A stretch of 40,593 nt of DNA, from positions 1 through 40,593 of the forward strand of contig JAVECO010000196.1 of the NCBI GenBank assembly GCA_051942205.1, written 5' to 3'. Shown piece after piece: positions 22,054 through 34,646 of the stretch. How positions within the stretch are numbered: the first letter of the stretch is position 1; every line of letters begins with the position of its first letter. Position numbers and translations under genes: made by a program. The notes under the pieces were generated by a model. The model searched no databases, had not been told where the DNA came from, and saw only the letters and a program-made list of their open reading frames with translations. This DNA comes from Coniocarpon cinnabarinum (taxonomy: Eukaryota).

Positions 22054-22724
22054 CAACCATTGTACAAAGATCGAATCTAGCTCATTATGCTTAGTCTATG
22101 ATGCCGCCCTCTTTTTACAACGGCTCGCCGCTTCCGACGAGGATTGGCGAGCTTATGGCACCAACAACGTAGGTAGGCTATTTGCTGTGCCTGTGATTGG
22201 GACATTGTGAAAAACGACGCGGATGCACAGCGGCCGAACAGTCACTGATCGGATCCTCCGGGTTGTGAAACGAGATCTGGGGGCCATTAGCTGAATGCGG
22301 TGCAAACCGGGCCGGTTTGGTCGAGCCACTGAATCCTTCCCCGGCTGAGGGCGCCACCCTCGATCGCTTCCAGGCACCGCGATCGTAGCTTGGTTGGCTT
22401 TGTCAGCATTGGTAAGGGCGCTTGCAGCTAAGCTTCTGTTCATCCGGGCAGCGGGGAATCCAAATGTCCGCTTCTGAGCAATCTTGCTACCTAGCGGCTT
22501 CTGTGCAACGCGTATTTTCGAGCTGTGCTGCTGTGCCAGGTCCAAAGACGCCAGACTACGGAACAGCTGTCGACGAGAGATCTTTTGCCTCGAAGGCAGT
22601 CGCTTTTCTGATCAGTCAGCCGTGGCCCTTGCACGTAGCTTCGGAACCAGCATAGCACCAAACAGTATTTTGCCTGCCTGCAATCTCGGTGAAGTAATGC
22701 ACTAGTATGTAGTCAATTTGGTCT

Positions 22725-25430
22725 TCATGAGCTCTGCCACAGCACGTTGGTTTGTTTGCGGGTAATGAGTGGCGCAACGACGAAGACCCCAAGTGTGAGT
22801 GCGGTCACCGTCAAGATGAGCTGTATTTTGTTGAAACTAGCTCCCAAGATATCAAACGTAAAGCTGGGCGCGACGCGAGTGCCAAAGACGTCGAGTCCAT
22901 AAGCGAAAATCAAGCTCGTACTCTCCATATGGGATGGAGAAGACATGACCTCCTCAATGCCTAGGACTTCATTTGTGTGCGTTAGAAACATCTTCGCATC
23001 AAAGTCGATCATTGGATTGTACTGCATGAGGCCTTCTTCCATGTCCTTGGTGGTGGATGCTCTGCCAACAGGTCTTCGAGGGTCCAGTACTTGATGGGGA
23101 ATGCCAACGACTGCACCAGACGTGGCCAACGTGACAAGTAGCTGACGGGACGTAATGCCTTGTTGCGTTTGAGTGATTGCCATGTGAGAAATCTCTTCTG
23201 GAATATGATAGGTCTGGCTGATGATGTGAGGCTTCAACATGCCAGGAGTTGCAAGCGATGGGTCAATAGCTGAATAATTGCTCGAAGCGCCAAGTGGTCC
23301 GCGATCATTGGGAAATTCAGACTCATAGGCCTCCCCAACGATAAGTAAGTGACCCCGAGAGAGCGTGTCTAGCCTAGCGTCATACGTGAACGAGTACGTA
23401 AACCAATTCTCAGTGATTGCTGCATTGATGGGTCTCGACAAATCGACGTCATCATAGTCTTCTGAATGTAGCACAGCGCCTGAGATAGCATCGAGTAGAT
23501 AAACAGATAACCGTTGTTCCGTTTGGTCCTTTGTCAAAACCAGGATTGAGTTTGGATTGAGATACTTGTAAAGAACGTTGCGATCACCAAGTACTTTACC
23601 GATCGAGGCAACTTTTTCTCCTCGCGGCTGAGCAATGGTCGCAAAAACTTCTTCGCCCTTGCGAGTCGACAGATGCCACATGCTGCCCTCAGGCCCAAAC
23701 CCAGAGAGGCCACCCTCCTCGATCTTGAATGAGTAGCCACCCTTTGCGTCATCCGAGCCGAATGGATTCTGTAGCACCTCTTGTAGCTGCTTCACTGGCT
23801 GTATATGATTGTCACTAAGTGCTTTGACTCGCTGAGGATTTGATGGATCGATCATGACGCCTCTACCATTCTCAAGGATGGCATGTATCTCCTTATCAAA
23901 CCCGAACGAATGCTCTTTGGATCCACCACTCTGTACGAATGATTCGAGCCAGACCATAGTCTTTAAAGAGAGCTCTTGAAGGAGAGCTGGAAATTGGGCA
24001 AGCTGCGTCAGATGCCGCTGGATACGACTTGAGAATGCCGAGATTGGGCTTGCATCGCTCTCAGCATCCAGCTCGTCAGCGTGGGAACGTGACTCGCTCT
24101 TCTCGACCCACCCGGCACTCACTATGGTAGCCAGTTGCTCGGGGCGGGTCCATTGTAAGTCACCATTCCGGATGAGTTTCCAATCACCACTGTCTTGCAA
24201 TACGGCGGATCTGATGGCGTAAGTTGAGTCCGGTCGGACCACAACTTCCGTGGCCGCGTGGATAGATGACCAAGTTTCCATGGTCTCTGGCGAATCTTTT
24301 GGAGTATTCAAAGGCCAGCGTGCTAAGATGCCGTGGGAAGCTGAAGAGAACAATTGTACCTCGCTCGCAATCCGAACAAAATACCCTTCGTTACCAACAA
24401 CATCGCTTGCAAACGCGCCTAGGTCTTCAAGTCGCGGGAGGTCGTAGGCCTTGGTGATCTTGGCTTTTTTGGCATCCTTGCCCTCGATGTGGAATACCTG
24501 GGCCCAGTGTGTGCTTGCGGTCTTGAATTCCACCAAGAAGTGAGATGGACCACTCTTCGATCTCTTACATTTAACGGCAGCAGCACTGACTGCACCGCCC
24601 GTTGAAGCGATGTCGAACGATGCAACATTCTTGGTCCCAAGGAGATTGACTTTAATCGTGGTTTTGGAAGCGTCTGTCCAAATAATAACTGGCTTGTCTG
24701 CAACGTGTCCTACGTAGAGGACCTCCTCCTCTGATGCAATCTCAGATTCCGAACTTAGGGTGATCTGCTCCTTCGCTTTGCCGGTCGATGCGTCCAGCAC
24801 TGATACGTGTATTTTGTGACCTTTGAGCATAGCCTTGGAAAGTCCCACTGCGAAGATTTCACTGCCTGAGGTAGTCACACGGTGAGGCACACTCCCACTG
24901 GTATCGTCGTAGCTCCATTTCTGGGCGCCAGTCTCGCCATCTAGCCTCTTCACGACCGTGTTCTTCCCTGCCCAGAGCGCAGCGACATCACCAACTTTCT
25001 TGCCGTCATGTGCTTGCTCATCTTCCAAGATGTCCACGTCTGTAGCCAGAAGACCTTTAAAGGTGGCGTCCCAAAGGTATCGGCCATCTGAGGCTGCCCA
25101 CGAGCTGACAGTGTCATTGACGGCAGTGGATAGAGCTTCATGTCCCTCAGCGGTGCTGATCTGGCCGCGTGGTGTCGATCTGCTGCGAGAGAGCCAATGC
25201 CGCCAGACTATCGAGCCATCTCTAGGATTTACAGCGCCAATGACGTTGCGCTCGGAAAGGGTATATATCAGTGAGGCTTTGGAGCCAGCTACAGGCTGGT
25301 GGAAGAAAGTGGTTGCGTTGCCTGGTTCACCAAGCAGCGCAAGATGGTAGTCAACGGAGCCTGCTTCATCGGCAAAGATCGCCGACGAGAGACGCACGAG
25401 AAGTGCAACAGCAATTAGGAACAGCTGCAT
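22725..25430 (-). CDS. EMC1: ER membrane protein complex subunit 1 (DUF1620)
   Basis: 901 aa; signal peptide followed by AIFADEAG; beta-propeller region; VASIGKVLGDRNVLYKYLNPN, TQQGITSRQLL, ESTSLIFAYGLDVFGTRVAPSFTFDIL; C-terminal TM. Confidence 0.95.
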   Translation of the reverse strand: MQLFLIAVALLVRLSSAIFADEAGSVDYHLALLGEPGNATTFFHQPVAGSKASLIYTLSERNVIGAVNPRDGSIVWRHWLSRSRSTPRGQISTAEGHEALSTAVNDTVSSWAASDGRYLWDATFKGLLATDVDILEDEQAHDGKKVGDVAALWAGKNTVVKRLDGETGAQKWSYDDTSGSVPHRVTTSGSEIFAVGLSKAMLKGHKIHVSVLDASTGKAKEQITLSSESEIASEEEVLYVGHVADKPVIIWTDASKTTIKVNLLGTKNVASFDIASTGGAVSAAAVKCKRSKSGPSHFLVEFKTASTHWAQVFHIEGKDAKKAKITKAYDLPRLEDLGAFASDVVGNEGYFVRIASEVQLFSSASHGILARWPLNTPKDSPETMETWSSIHAATEVVVRPDSTYAIRSAVLQDSGDWKLIRNGDLQWTRPEQLATIVSAGWVEKSESRSHADELDAESDASPISAFSSRIQRHLTQLAQFPALLQELSLKTMVWLESFVQSGGSKEHSFGFDKEIHAILENGRGVMIDPSNPQRVKALSDNHIQPVKQLQEVLQNPFGSDDAKGGYSFKIEEGGLSGFGPEGSMWHLSTRKGEEVFATIAQPRGEKVASIGKVLGDRNVLYKYLNPNSILVLTKDQTEQRLSVYLLDAISGAVLHSEDYDDVDLSRPINAAITENWFTYSFTYDARLDTLSRGHLLIVGEAYESEFPNDRGPLGASSNYSAIDPSLATPGMLKPHIISQTYHIPEEISHMAITQTQQGITSRQLLVTLATSGAVVGIPHQVLDPRRPVGRASTTKDMEEGLMQYNPMIDFDAKMFLTHTNEVLGIEEVMSSPSHMESTSLIFAYGLDVFGTRVAPSFTFDILGASFNKIQLILTVTALTLGVFVVAPLITRKQTNVLWQSS

Positions 25431-26577
25431 GCTGAAGCAGCCTCCGCGTTGCTTCAGACTTGTTCAAAGTCTCACAGATTATGGAGGCCGGAATTCGACG
25501 CTAGTGCGCATCCAGTTTAGCCCGCCAAAGCTCATCTCCTGCAATAAAACTAAGCTTGCCCTATCACGGCGTGTCTTCTTCGCTTTCGATCGTCGCGAAT
25601 TGGTAATCTGCTATGAGAAATACGGCGGAATGTAGCTGTGGTTGAAGCACGGCTACAAATTCCTTTGTGAAGCCGTGCCTCGAGCAATGCTGAAGTTGAA
25701 AAGCAGGGAGGAGAATGCTAGCAAGCCTATCCTGCAATAGCAAAGAAGTGATCTTTTCTCGATGGGCATTTCTGATGGCTTGAGCTTAACTACTCCAGCT
25801 ACCAAAATGGTGTACCGAGTCTTAAAAGGCGATAGTAGTAAGTAAGCAAGCCTCAGCAGCTCGAATAGACCATACGCTATTTTACAGCACCGCTACGTCT
25901 TGAACATCCCTGCTTGGGAGAGAACGAAGCAGCTTTGCCGTAGCTTGATCATTTCTCGCACCGCTTGAAAAAGCCCAAACAGACTATACGATGCAGAAGC
26001 ATATGCGCTTTCTGATAGCCGCTCTTACAACTTGACTAAAGATCGGCACCGATACTTCGCCCACGGCTTTTTGCTCTTCAACTTAATTCACTAGAGCTCG
26101 CTGAGCCGCTCGACGAAATTATGAGGCAAGACCTCCTGTGCTGCATCGCAAAAGTATCACCACTCCGTATCAAAGGAGCCTCGCCACTACTGCAATCGCC
26201 CCAGCGTCCATACAGCCGCCCCCCAACGTTATACTCGGCCTGCTGTCTCGTACCGATACGATCTGCCCCATAGGCTTTTGCTCGTCCTAGGACCCGATAT
26301 TGTGCGGATAGGTAGGCACTCCGTTGTTGGAATAGCTTGTATAACATGTGCGAGCCCGCAGTCGTTTCTCGCGCTGGCGATCACCGGCACCGCATCTGCC
26401 TGCTTTGCGCACCACTTCATCACCTCTTCCCCTCTGCTACTCGAATCTCGTCTGCAACGCCCGCCCCACCAGCCCCCATTCCGAAACATTGCCTCGAGCA
26501 TGTGACATGCGGTCCAGTCTTCGCCCGATTGCATTCAGCGCCATGCCGACAGAAGCCCTGTGCAAGGGTCGCACAGG

Positions 26578-27030
26578 TCACAGCATTATTCCTTCGCTCG
26601 CTTCTCCATACGTCGGCAGGCGTTCTCCACCAGCCTCCAAGCCCTCGTCTCGCGTGCTCCAATTTGCGAATTCCGCCTCGAGCACGTCCGCCCGTCCCGC
26701 GCTCTCGCGCTGCCGCAGCATGTTCATGATTGCGACATGATTGTCTGGTGTGACGACGGTGATTTCAGGCCAGCCCGGGGCGTCGCGTGTCGTGTCACGC
26801 GCCCATCGGACACGCAGCGCTTTGATTCTCCCAGGCGGAATCAGCGGCCCTTGTGAGCGATGCGTGATGCTGTTGCCAGCAGGTTGATGCGAGGAGCAGT
26901 TGGGCGACCTGCTCACCGCGTCACATATGCGTTGACCGAATACTGCGAAGGTCCAAGAGGCCTGGACGTTTAAAAGCTCGTGACGGGCTGATTGATGGGT
27001 TGTGATGAGCAGTGGGAAGGACTCGGACAT
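26578..27030 (-). CDS. Hypothetical 150-aa protein with C-terminal LPxY motif
   Basis: ATG-initiated ORF ending in ERLPTYGEA, resembling fungal LPxYxEA WW-binding motifs. No other support. Confidence 0.3.
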   Translation of the reverse strand: MSESFPLLITTHQSARHELLNVQASWTFAVFGQRICDAVSRSPNCSSHQPAGNSITHRSQGPLIPPGRIKALRVRWARDTTRDAPGWPEITVVTPDNHVAIMNMLRQRESAGRADVLEAEFANWSTRDEGLEAGGERLPTYGEASEGIML

Positions 27031-27725
27031 GCTGACGAACTGAGCCGGTTATGCTTTCGCCTTGACCCTTCGGGAACGAATGCAGGTCTTCTGGGCTATA
27101 AGTGATTGATCTCGCCCACGTTAGCTTTTTGCGTCTTTGATAATACCGACGCGATGCGTCATCAAACGTGGCCGCGCTGAACAACTCTGAACGTTGTCTA
27201 TGCTTTTCCTAATCTGGATTTGTTCAAGCCTGAGAGATCATACTGAAGGTGATTTGCAATATACTACAATGATGCTAGGATATGAATATTGGACATGGGC
27301 GTAGAGAAGCTGGGGCCAAGAATGCAACGGCAGGGATCGCTGTCACGCCTATTCTTTGCCTGGTCTGCTTGAAATTCTATACATTCTCAATCGTACTCTC
27401 TCACGCGTTTATTTGAATGTTCGGATCAGTGTTTCATAGCGAGATAGCTTGTGGAGCATACTCAAGTCGACCGTAAAACACGCGGTGGGAGAACATGCCG
27501 CGGTTCGAAGGTTTGGGAGCTCAGAAGCCATCTTAAAAGTGATTGGACATGAGCCGCACTGAAGCGGAGAGTGAAGAGCGAATACAAACATGTCACGGAA
27601 TTATCTAGAAAGAGCACTCGAGACTCTCCATCTCTGGCTATGTATAGATATCAATCCGAGTCACACGCTGTGCACCATAGCAGAGCAATATCAGTGCACA
27701 TGCTCCCTGATGAGTGGACCCTCTA

Positions 27726-28885
27726 TCAATGGCCGGGATACCGCCCTCCGACAACACTGCCTGTAATGTCCTCCAACAGCTTGTCCAGGTCGTGAAGCTC
27801 ACCCTGACTGAACTTGACGAGTTTAGTGTTCTCCTCTGTCCTAGGCAGCGTGGTCGAACCAGGGATCGGGATCACCGTTGGCATGTTTTCGCGGTCGGAC
27901 AGAGAGCTCACCCATCCAATCGCGACTTGTGCCGTGGTGTAGCTGTTCAAGTCTGTCAGTAATGATCCCAAAGTGCAGTTCAGTTAGGACTACTAACCCA
28001 TGCTTCTGGGCGAGCTGATCTAGTTTCTCAACGAGCTTGATGTTCTTCGCGAAATTCTCAGGAAAATATCTTGGATAGTTGCGGCGGCTGTCGTTCTCTG
28101 GCATGTCTTCGTATTTACGGATCTGGCCAGACAAGATGCCCCGCGACAGTGGGGAGTACGCGACGAGAGGGATATTGTGTTGCTTGCATGCAGCTGCTGT
28201 GCCATTTTCGATCACATCCGTTGAGAACAAGGATAGCTCGACTTCAACAGCCGCAATGGGATGAACCTTGACCGCTTGCTGGATGATATCGCCATCTACC
28301 TCTGACAAGCCGATGCCGCCTATCTTACCTGCCTTGACGTACTCTGCGACGGCTCCTACTGTCTCCTCCACGGGAACCTGGCTGGGGTTCATTCGCGCCG
28401 GCTCGAAAACGTCAATAAAGTACTTGCCATCCGCAATCTTGAGACACTTTTCGATATTCTCTCGTACGCTTGCGGCATCCACGAGGGGTTGATACTTGGC
28501 AAAATTGAAGCAAGATTTGACGCTGATCACCACCTTCTCCCGGTCTTCAGGGTACTTCTCAAAGTAGGCTCTCAGGAGCTCAAGAGACGTAGCGCCCGCT
28601 GGTCCATATAACTCGCCTGCCTGAATCTATCGTCAGCTGGGCTTTCCAGTCCCTAAATCGGCTCCAGCCTTGGTATCAAGGCTTACATTCCAGAAGTTGG
28701 CGCCGCCTGCCAAAGCCTTTTTCATTATGGCAAAACAATCCTCGTAAGGAGTCGGTGGATTTCGAATGGTCAGGTCTATTGAGACTTAGCTAGTCGCCTT
28801 TGTGACGCGCATTTTCCCCTTGTTACTCACTCATCATGCCGAAGCCAATAGGCCCAACCTTCTTGCCAGAGATTTGGTACGACAT
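27726..28885 (-). CDS. Aldo-keto reductase, pyridoxal reductase-like; complement(join(27726..27942,27998..28620,28687..28775,28831..28885))
   Basis: Three canonical introns. Motifs VGPIGFGMM, FWNAGELYG, YFEKYPEDREKVVISVK, GKIGGIGLSEV, VAYSPLSRGIL and IPIPGST. Confidence 0.93.
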
Positions 28886-28997
28886 GTTTGCGTCTAATTA
28901 TTTGCAACTGGGTGACTTGTTAAGATTCTTGAAGGAGGCCAGAACTTTCTTGTGAGATACTGCAGTAATAGACCACGGCGTTGGGGTTGTCTGAAGA

Positions 28998-29005
28998 TTA
29001 TATAT
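28998..29005 (-). promoter_or_regulatory. Putative TATA box of AKR gene
   Basis: ATATATAA on the minus strand about 115 nt upstream of ATG 28885. Confidence 0.4.
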
Positions 29006-29872
29006 TGTACGAGAAGATTGGCGAGTGCATAGGGTACGGCGAATCCTATAGGGGGCCAACCTACAGTGGCTGAATTTAAGTCCGACTCAATCTAGTGGGA
29101 GCGGGGCTAATGGTCGAGAGTTCGTCCTTCGACTATCTCCACAGCCTGTTCACGGGGATATGGTCTACCACCAGCAGAGCGAGGAGCGTATATGCATTTA
29201 CTGCATCTGTAGTCAGACGCCCCATTTCCGTATATACGTGACCCGCAAAGCTCGTATCAGCAGCAAGCCAACCAGGCTAGAGACGTCATGAAGGAAGAGC
29301 AAAATGTGGTTGCCTATTCTCGGACAGTCTCTAGGCTGTGGGACTTGCAGATACCACATCAGGCCACGCTTGAAAAAGAAGTCGACGATGCGTCTGTCTG
29401 CATGCGCTCACTGCATCAAACAGTTCCGGCGGTGGTGGCTGGAAATGCAACTCTGGTACAGATTTGCTTTCGTAAGCACGACTAGCAACACTCCTTGAGC
29501 GTGATGGCCAAGTGAGGCACTAGCACACGTATACACGCTGAGCTTGATCCTGGTCATCTCACCCAAGACATGCATTTACATGTAGGCCATTCGTGAAGAT
29601 GACCTCCCTTTCAATATGCCTCGTACGCCGTCTCACGACATGATATAGAGGAAGAAACCCCTGAGCATGTGGTGTTCGTGGAGGAGCTCCACCTGTTACG
29701 TCACCGAGTCCCCGCCGCACAAGCAATGGAGGGGCAGCGGGTTTTCCGTACTATTTCCTTCGTCTGCAAAGTCCCCGGCAACAAGAATACATCTATCCGT
29801 CTTCGCTCCTAGCACGAGAATCGAGACAAGTCATCATCGTATCACACATCAAACGCGTGACAAGCAGTCAAG

Positions 29873-30581
29873 ATGGTCAAAGCTGGTACGATACCCTAGC
29901 CTGTACCCAAGCATGGCACAGGGACCATCTCATTGGGCCGCCCTGAGCACCGTGATGGTCATAACTTGCTCGCATTTACCCTTTTGAAGTCACCTCTACG
30001 GATCCCTTGAGCTGACCATCGTCTTCTTCCAGTTGCGGCACTTCGCGGTGACTCCAAGGTCTCAGGAACCGTCACTTTTGAGCAAGAGGCTGAATCCAGC
30101 CCCACCACCATCTCATGGAACATTACTGGTCACGATGCCAGTGCTGAGCGTGGCATGCACGTCCACGCCTTTGGTGACAACACCAATGGCTGTACCAGTG
30201 CCGGTCCCCACTGTACGTGAGCCTGCCAGTCTACGACCACTGCCTTCGATTCGGTCTTCGATGGCTTTTCATGATATGTGGATGACGCTAACAAGCTGGC
30301 GATGTGCAGTCAACCCCTTCCAAAAGGGTCACGGAGCACCCACCGACAGCGACCGACATGTTGGCGATCTTGGCAACTTCATGACAGACGGTCAAGGCAA
30401 CGCCACCGGCTCCGTTTCGGACAATCAAGTCAAATTGATCGGCCAGCAGAGTGTGATCGGCCGCACCATTGTTGTGCACGCCGGCACTGATGATCTAGGC
30501 AAGGGCGGCAATGAAGAGTCCAAGAAGACTGGCAACGCTGGCGCACGTCCGGCTTGCGGCGTCATTGGCATTGCTCAGTGA
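29873..30581 (+). CDS. SOD1: Cu/Zn superoxide dismutase; join(29873..29885,30033..30212,30310..30581)
   Basis: Spliced product is 154 aa: [13 protein letters not shown]...[21 protein letters not shown]...RHVGDLGN...[16 protein letters not shown]...[13 protein letters not shown]. Confidence 0.98.
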
Positions 30582-31413
30582 GCCAGGGTATCAGCGAGCA
30601 GACAAAGTCGCTCCGGCTGAGATCGCTCTCATGAAAACGTCAGCATCCTGATGTACCAGTAGTACACGAAGAGCATTGAAAGATAGATCCTTTCCCCAAG
30701 TTTCATATTCGTCTGGCAACCCATGGTGAGCTCGTTGAAATGCAGCGAAGTTCTAGTGCTCTTTGTACTGCACGAATGTTCAATTACTTTGAAGAACGTC
30801 CTGCTGGTGTGTCCTCGATGCAAGGTAGACTCCCGTGCGAATGCCCTGGGCTCTTAATTCCCTCAGGCTTGCGGCGGTTTCAGCTCCCAGTCCTAAGGTC
30901 CGCTATGTCCGCGCCAGAATAAACTAATCCTTAGCCCCTGTCCAGCATTCCTCATAGCGGCACCTCGCAGCCGCTTCAGAGACCAAGTGACAAGGCGTTC
31001 CCCACAATGGCATTATGTTGACGACGTCCAAGTCCTCTCACGGGATTCGTCTACTCTTTCCTTTCGAATAGCATGAAAACGCTCTCACGGGCTCCGTCAT
31101 CCGCGGACACTCATACACTTGGATCGCCTGTCCTCCGTTTAGGCTTCGAGCTGCCGACGCCAAGCTACAACAAGCATAGTAACCTCGGCATATTTTGCGA
31201 GAGGCATGCTCAGATCGGCTGCTGGGGTGCGGAGACGATGTCATCTCGCAAGATGCGTGTCAGGGAGAAGCCAGTCTGCTCTGGCAGCAGCGGCAGCAGG
31301 CTGTTCTTCCCTTAAGCCGCGACGACTGTGAAGCCGAGCTCTCCGTCTTGCGTCGCGTTGCCTGCTTTTCGCTGTGTGCATTAGCCCCCTCAGCACCCTT
31401 GTCCATCTCAGTC

Positions 31414-33235
31414 ATGCCTTTTCATCCACCAGCTTGGACACCAAAATTACCGAAGGATCCTCCTGACACGATTTCCATTCCCGACTTCATTCTCAACGAC
31501 GAGACCAGATTTGTTCCCCTGCATAAGTCGCGAAATTTCGTCACTTGTGGTCTGAGCGGGAAGACGTACTCGCCATATCAGGTTAAGGAACGAGTCGAGC
31601 TTCTGGCTCGGGGCTTGTTGAAGGAATTGGGATGGAGCGTAAATCAAGGCACAGAGTGGGACAAAGTCGTGGGCGTGTTCGCAGTCAATACGGTAAGTAG
31701 GACCAAAGAAAGGAGAACCCCAGAACGCGACAACCTCGCAAGGACCAAGGCAGATGGCTGACCAGATTTTTTGATTTCAGATTGAAACACCGCTCATCGG
31801 ATGGGCCTGCCATAAGATCAATGCAGTCAACACGCCAGCGAACGCAGCATACGCAACATACGAGCTTGAGCACCAACTACGCGACTCCGGCGCGAAATGT
31901 GTTTTCACTTGCGCTCCATTGTTAGAGACCACATTGACCGTAACACGCAAGCTCGGCATAGCCGACAGCCATGTGTTCATCATCGATTTCGCAGGAGCTG
32001 CCAAGGTGCCGAGTCACAAATCTGTAGACGATTTAGTTCAACAAGGCAAAAGTGCGCCCTCTCTGGAGCCCTTGAGGTGGAGCAAAGGACAAGGCGCAAG
32101 ACAGACAGCATTTTTATGCTATTCGTCAGGCACGTCTGGCTTGCCCAAGGGGGTGATGATCTCACATCGCAACGTGATCAGCAACTCGATGCAGCTCAAT
32201 ATGTTCGATGGCGAATGCCGGGATAGGAAGTATGGGCCAGGTTATCAGCAGAACGTCCTGGGTCTTCTGCCATTTTCACACATCTACGGCCTGGTGGTGG
32301 CTATACATGCTTCGATCAACTTGGGCGACGGCGTCATCGTGTTGCCCAAATTTGAGATGCAATCATTTCTGAACGCGATACAAACATACGAGATCGGCAA
32401 CTTATTTCTCGTACCGCCCATTATCATTAACATGGTCAATTCTAAAGACACACTGGCGAAGTACGATCTGAGCGCTGTGCGTGAAATATTTACAGGCGCT
32501 GCTCCGCTTGGTGCAGAGACCGCGGAAGCATTGAACAAGATGTATCCGTCGTGGCTGATAAAACAAGGTTATGGTCTGACCGAGACGGCCACGGTGGTTT
32601 GCTCAACGCCAGCACATGACATTTTCCCTGGCTCAAGTGGATCCCTATTGCCTAGCGTCGAGGCTCGGCTAGTTACGGTTGAAGGCAACGAAATCACTGG
32701 ATACGATCAGCCGGGCGAACTGTGGGCTAAGAGCCCCAGTGTAGTTCTGGGTTACCTGAATAATGAAAAGGCAAATGGGGAAACCTTCGTCGACGGTTAC
32801 ATGCGCACAGGTGACGAGGCCGTTGTCAGGAAAAACCCCGCAACGGGTAATGAGCATATCTTCATCGTTGACCGGATTAAGGAGTTGATCAAGGTGAAAG
32901 GGCTACAGGTCGCGCCAGCTGAGCTCGAGGCACATTTGCTGAGTCATAAAGCCGTTTCCGACTGCGCAGTCATTCCCACAGCTGATGCACAGGCCGGTGA
33001 ACGACCCAAAGCCTACGTGGTCAAGAGCAGCAGGTCTGGTGGTATTGAGGACAGTGAGCGGCTACTCAAACGCGACATCATGAAGCATGTGGAAAGAGAG
33101 AAGGCACGGCACAAGTGGATTAAAGAGATTGAGTTTGTGGATGCTATACCGAAGAGTCCCAGCGGCAAGATATTGAGGAGACTGTTGCGGGACAAAGATC
33201 GCGAGCAGAAGCGCAGGGAAGGTGCCAGACTGTAA
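31414..33235 (+). CDS. 4-coumarate/phenylacetyl-CoA ligase-like adenylate-forming enzyme, peroxisomal (PTS1 ARL); join(31414..31692,31781..33235)
   Basis: Intron 31693-31780 (GTAAGT..GCTGAC..CAG). Motifs YSSGTSGLPKG, QGYGLTET, RTGD, DRIKELIKVKG and PKSPSGKILRR; C-terminal ARL. Confidence 0.95.
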
Positions 33236-34646
33236 TACCCTGTTCATTTTCGCGATGTTCATTTTGTTCATGAGAGCTACTTTGGTATATACAGGATCTC
33301 GCGATCAGCATGTGGCGGATTTACAGATAGCTAGAAAGACTGAGCAGTGCTCTTGAGAAAGAGTATCTTCTGGATTGCTATGACGCAAAACCCCGTGGAA
33401 AATAGTGCTCGCCACGTGGCACCCTTTTCGCACTTCTCAGTAGGGCTTTTACTGACTCGTCTATTCCTACGAGAATCAAAGCCTTACAAGTGCTACACGT
33501 GTCCATGATCTATAACGACTCAAGCTACATACGCTAACCAAGAAAGGCTCGTGAAAGGTACGAAAACGTCGTTGTGTGCTGACATCAATGCGTCGTATTC
33601 CAAACCCCGAACATGGACATTGATTGCATGAAGTGCTCCATCGATCAGTCATTGCATCCTTTCAAAACCTCAGCTGCGATCTAAACTTCTGATTGAGACC
33701 GACCACATGGAAAGCCTAAGCACGAGGCCGGCACAAATGGGAGATGGGGAGGGATGGGGAGGAAAATGTCGCCTCTAGCGACAGACAGAGGATCTCGCCA
33801 TCTACTAAATATCATCTCATTGCTCATATCTGTAGACAACGACTTGTGAGATCACAGCTTACCAGCATCACATTTGCCCGGCATTTGCCTCGATAGGTGA
33901 GCTAGTCATCCACTTGAAACTCTGACTTGCATATTATTATGCCTCTGGCGTAAAGACGGGGACCGACTGTAGAGCCTCGAGTGATAATAGGACCTCCAAT
34001 ATTTACTCGACCGAGAATCTAGAGTCCTGAGCAATATGGATACATGCACATCTACGGAGGCCGACGGATCGCCCGCATGACGGTATAGCATTCCTTCTGT
34101 TATTAGCTTTGGCAACATGAAAACATCTTTGCTAACGTTTCCGAGTCGGCAAGAAGGCCGTGACGTAGACTGACCTGGTCGTACAGTCGAAAGCTCAGGG
34201 TCTGCCTCACCTCATGACGCGAAGGTTTGCCCTGTGTCGGTATTACTTCCCAGCGCTTTATTATGGTCGGGAACCGCCATCTATTCGCAGGCTAAGTCGC
34301 TCCCAATCGCACAGCTTTGCCAATGGCTGCATAATACGTGCGACCTTCGTACGACGGCTTAAATCTGCTGGGTGCTTTTCAAGGAATCACAAGGAAATTT
34401 CATCCGCAAGCGTCCGTGAATTCGCCGACGATGATGATGATAAGCGTCACAGCATGGAGGCCATGCAGTCCTCCACCTGACCTGGAGACCTCGCATATGT
34501 GCGCCACTGCGCACCTCTCCCAGTACATGCACATGACCCCTTGCAAACGAGAAAATATTTAAGACCCTCCCTTTTCAATCTTGGGTCTACGAGGTAACCC
34601 CACTACGAGCAATTGTTCCATTTCGTATAAGCACAGCCTACACAAC

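Noticed and set aside
29095..29152. tRNA-like GTTCG hairpin
   Set aside because: No cloverleaf, acceptor stem or A/B boxes could be built.
13455..33235. Secondary-metabolite biosynthetic cluster (NmrA, SDR, AKR, CoA ligase)
   Set aside because: No backbone enzyme, transporter or cluster transcription factor, and the run is interrupted by the housekeeping genes EMC1 and SOD1.
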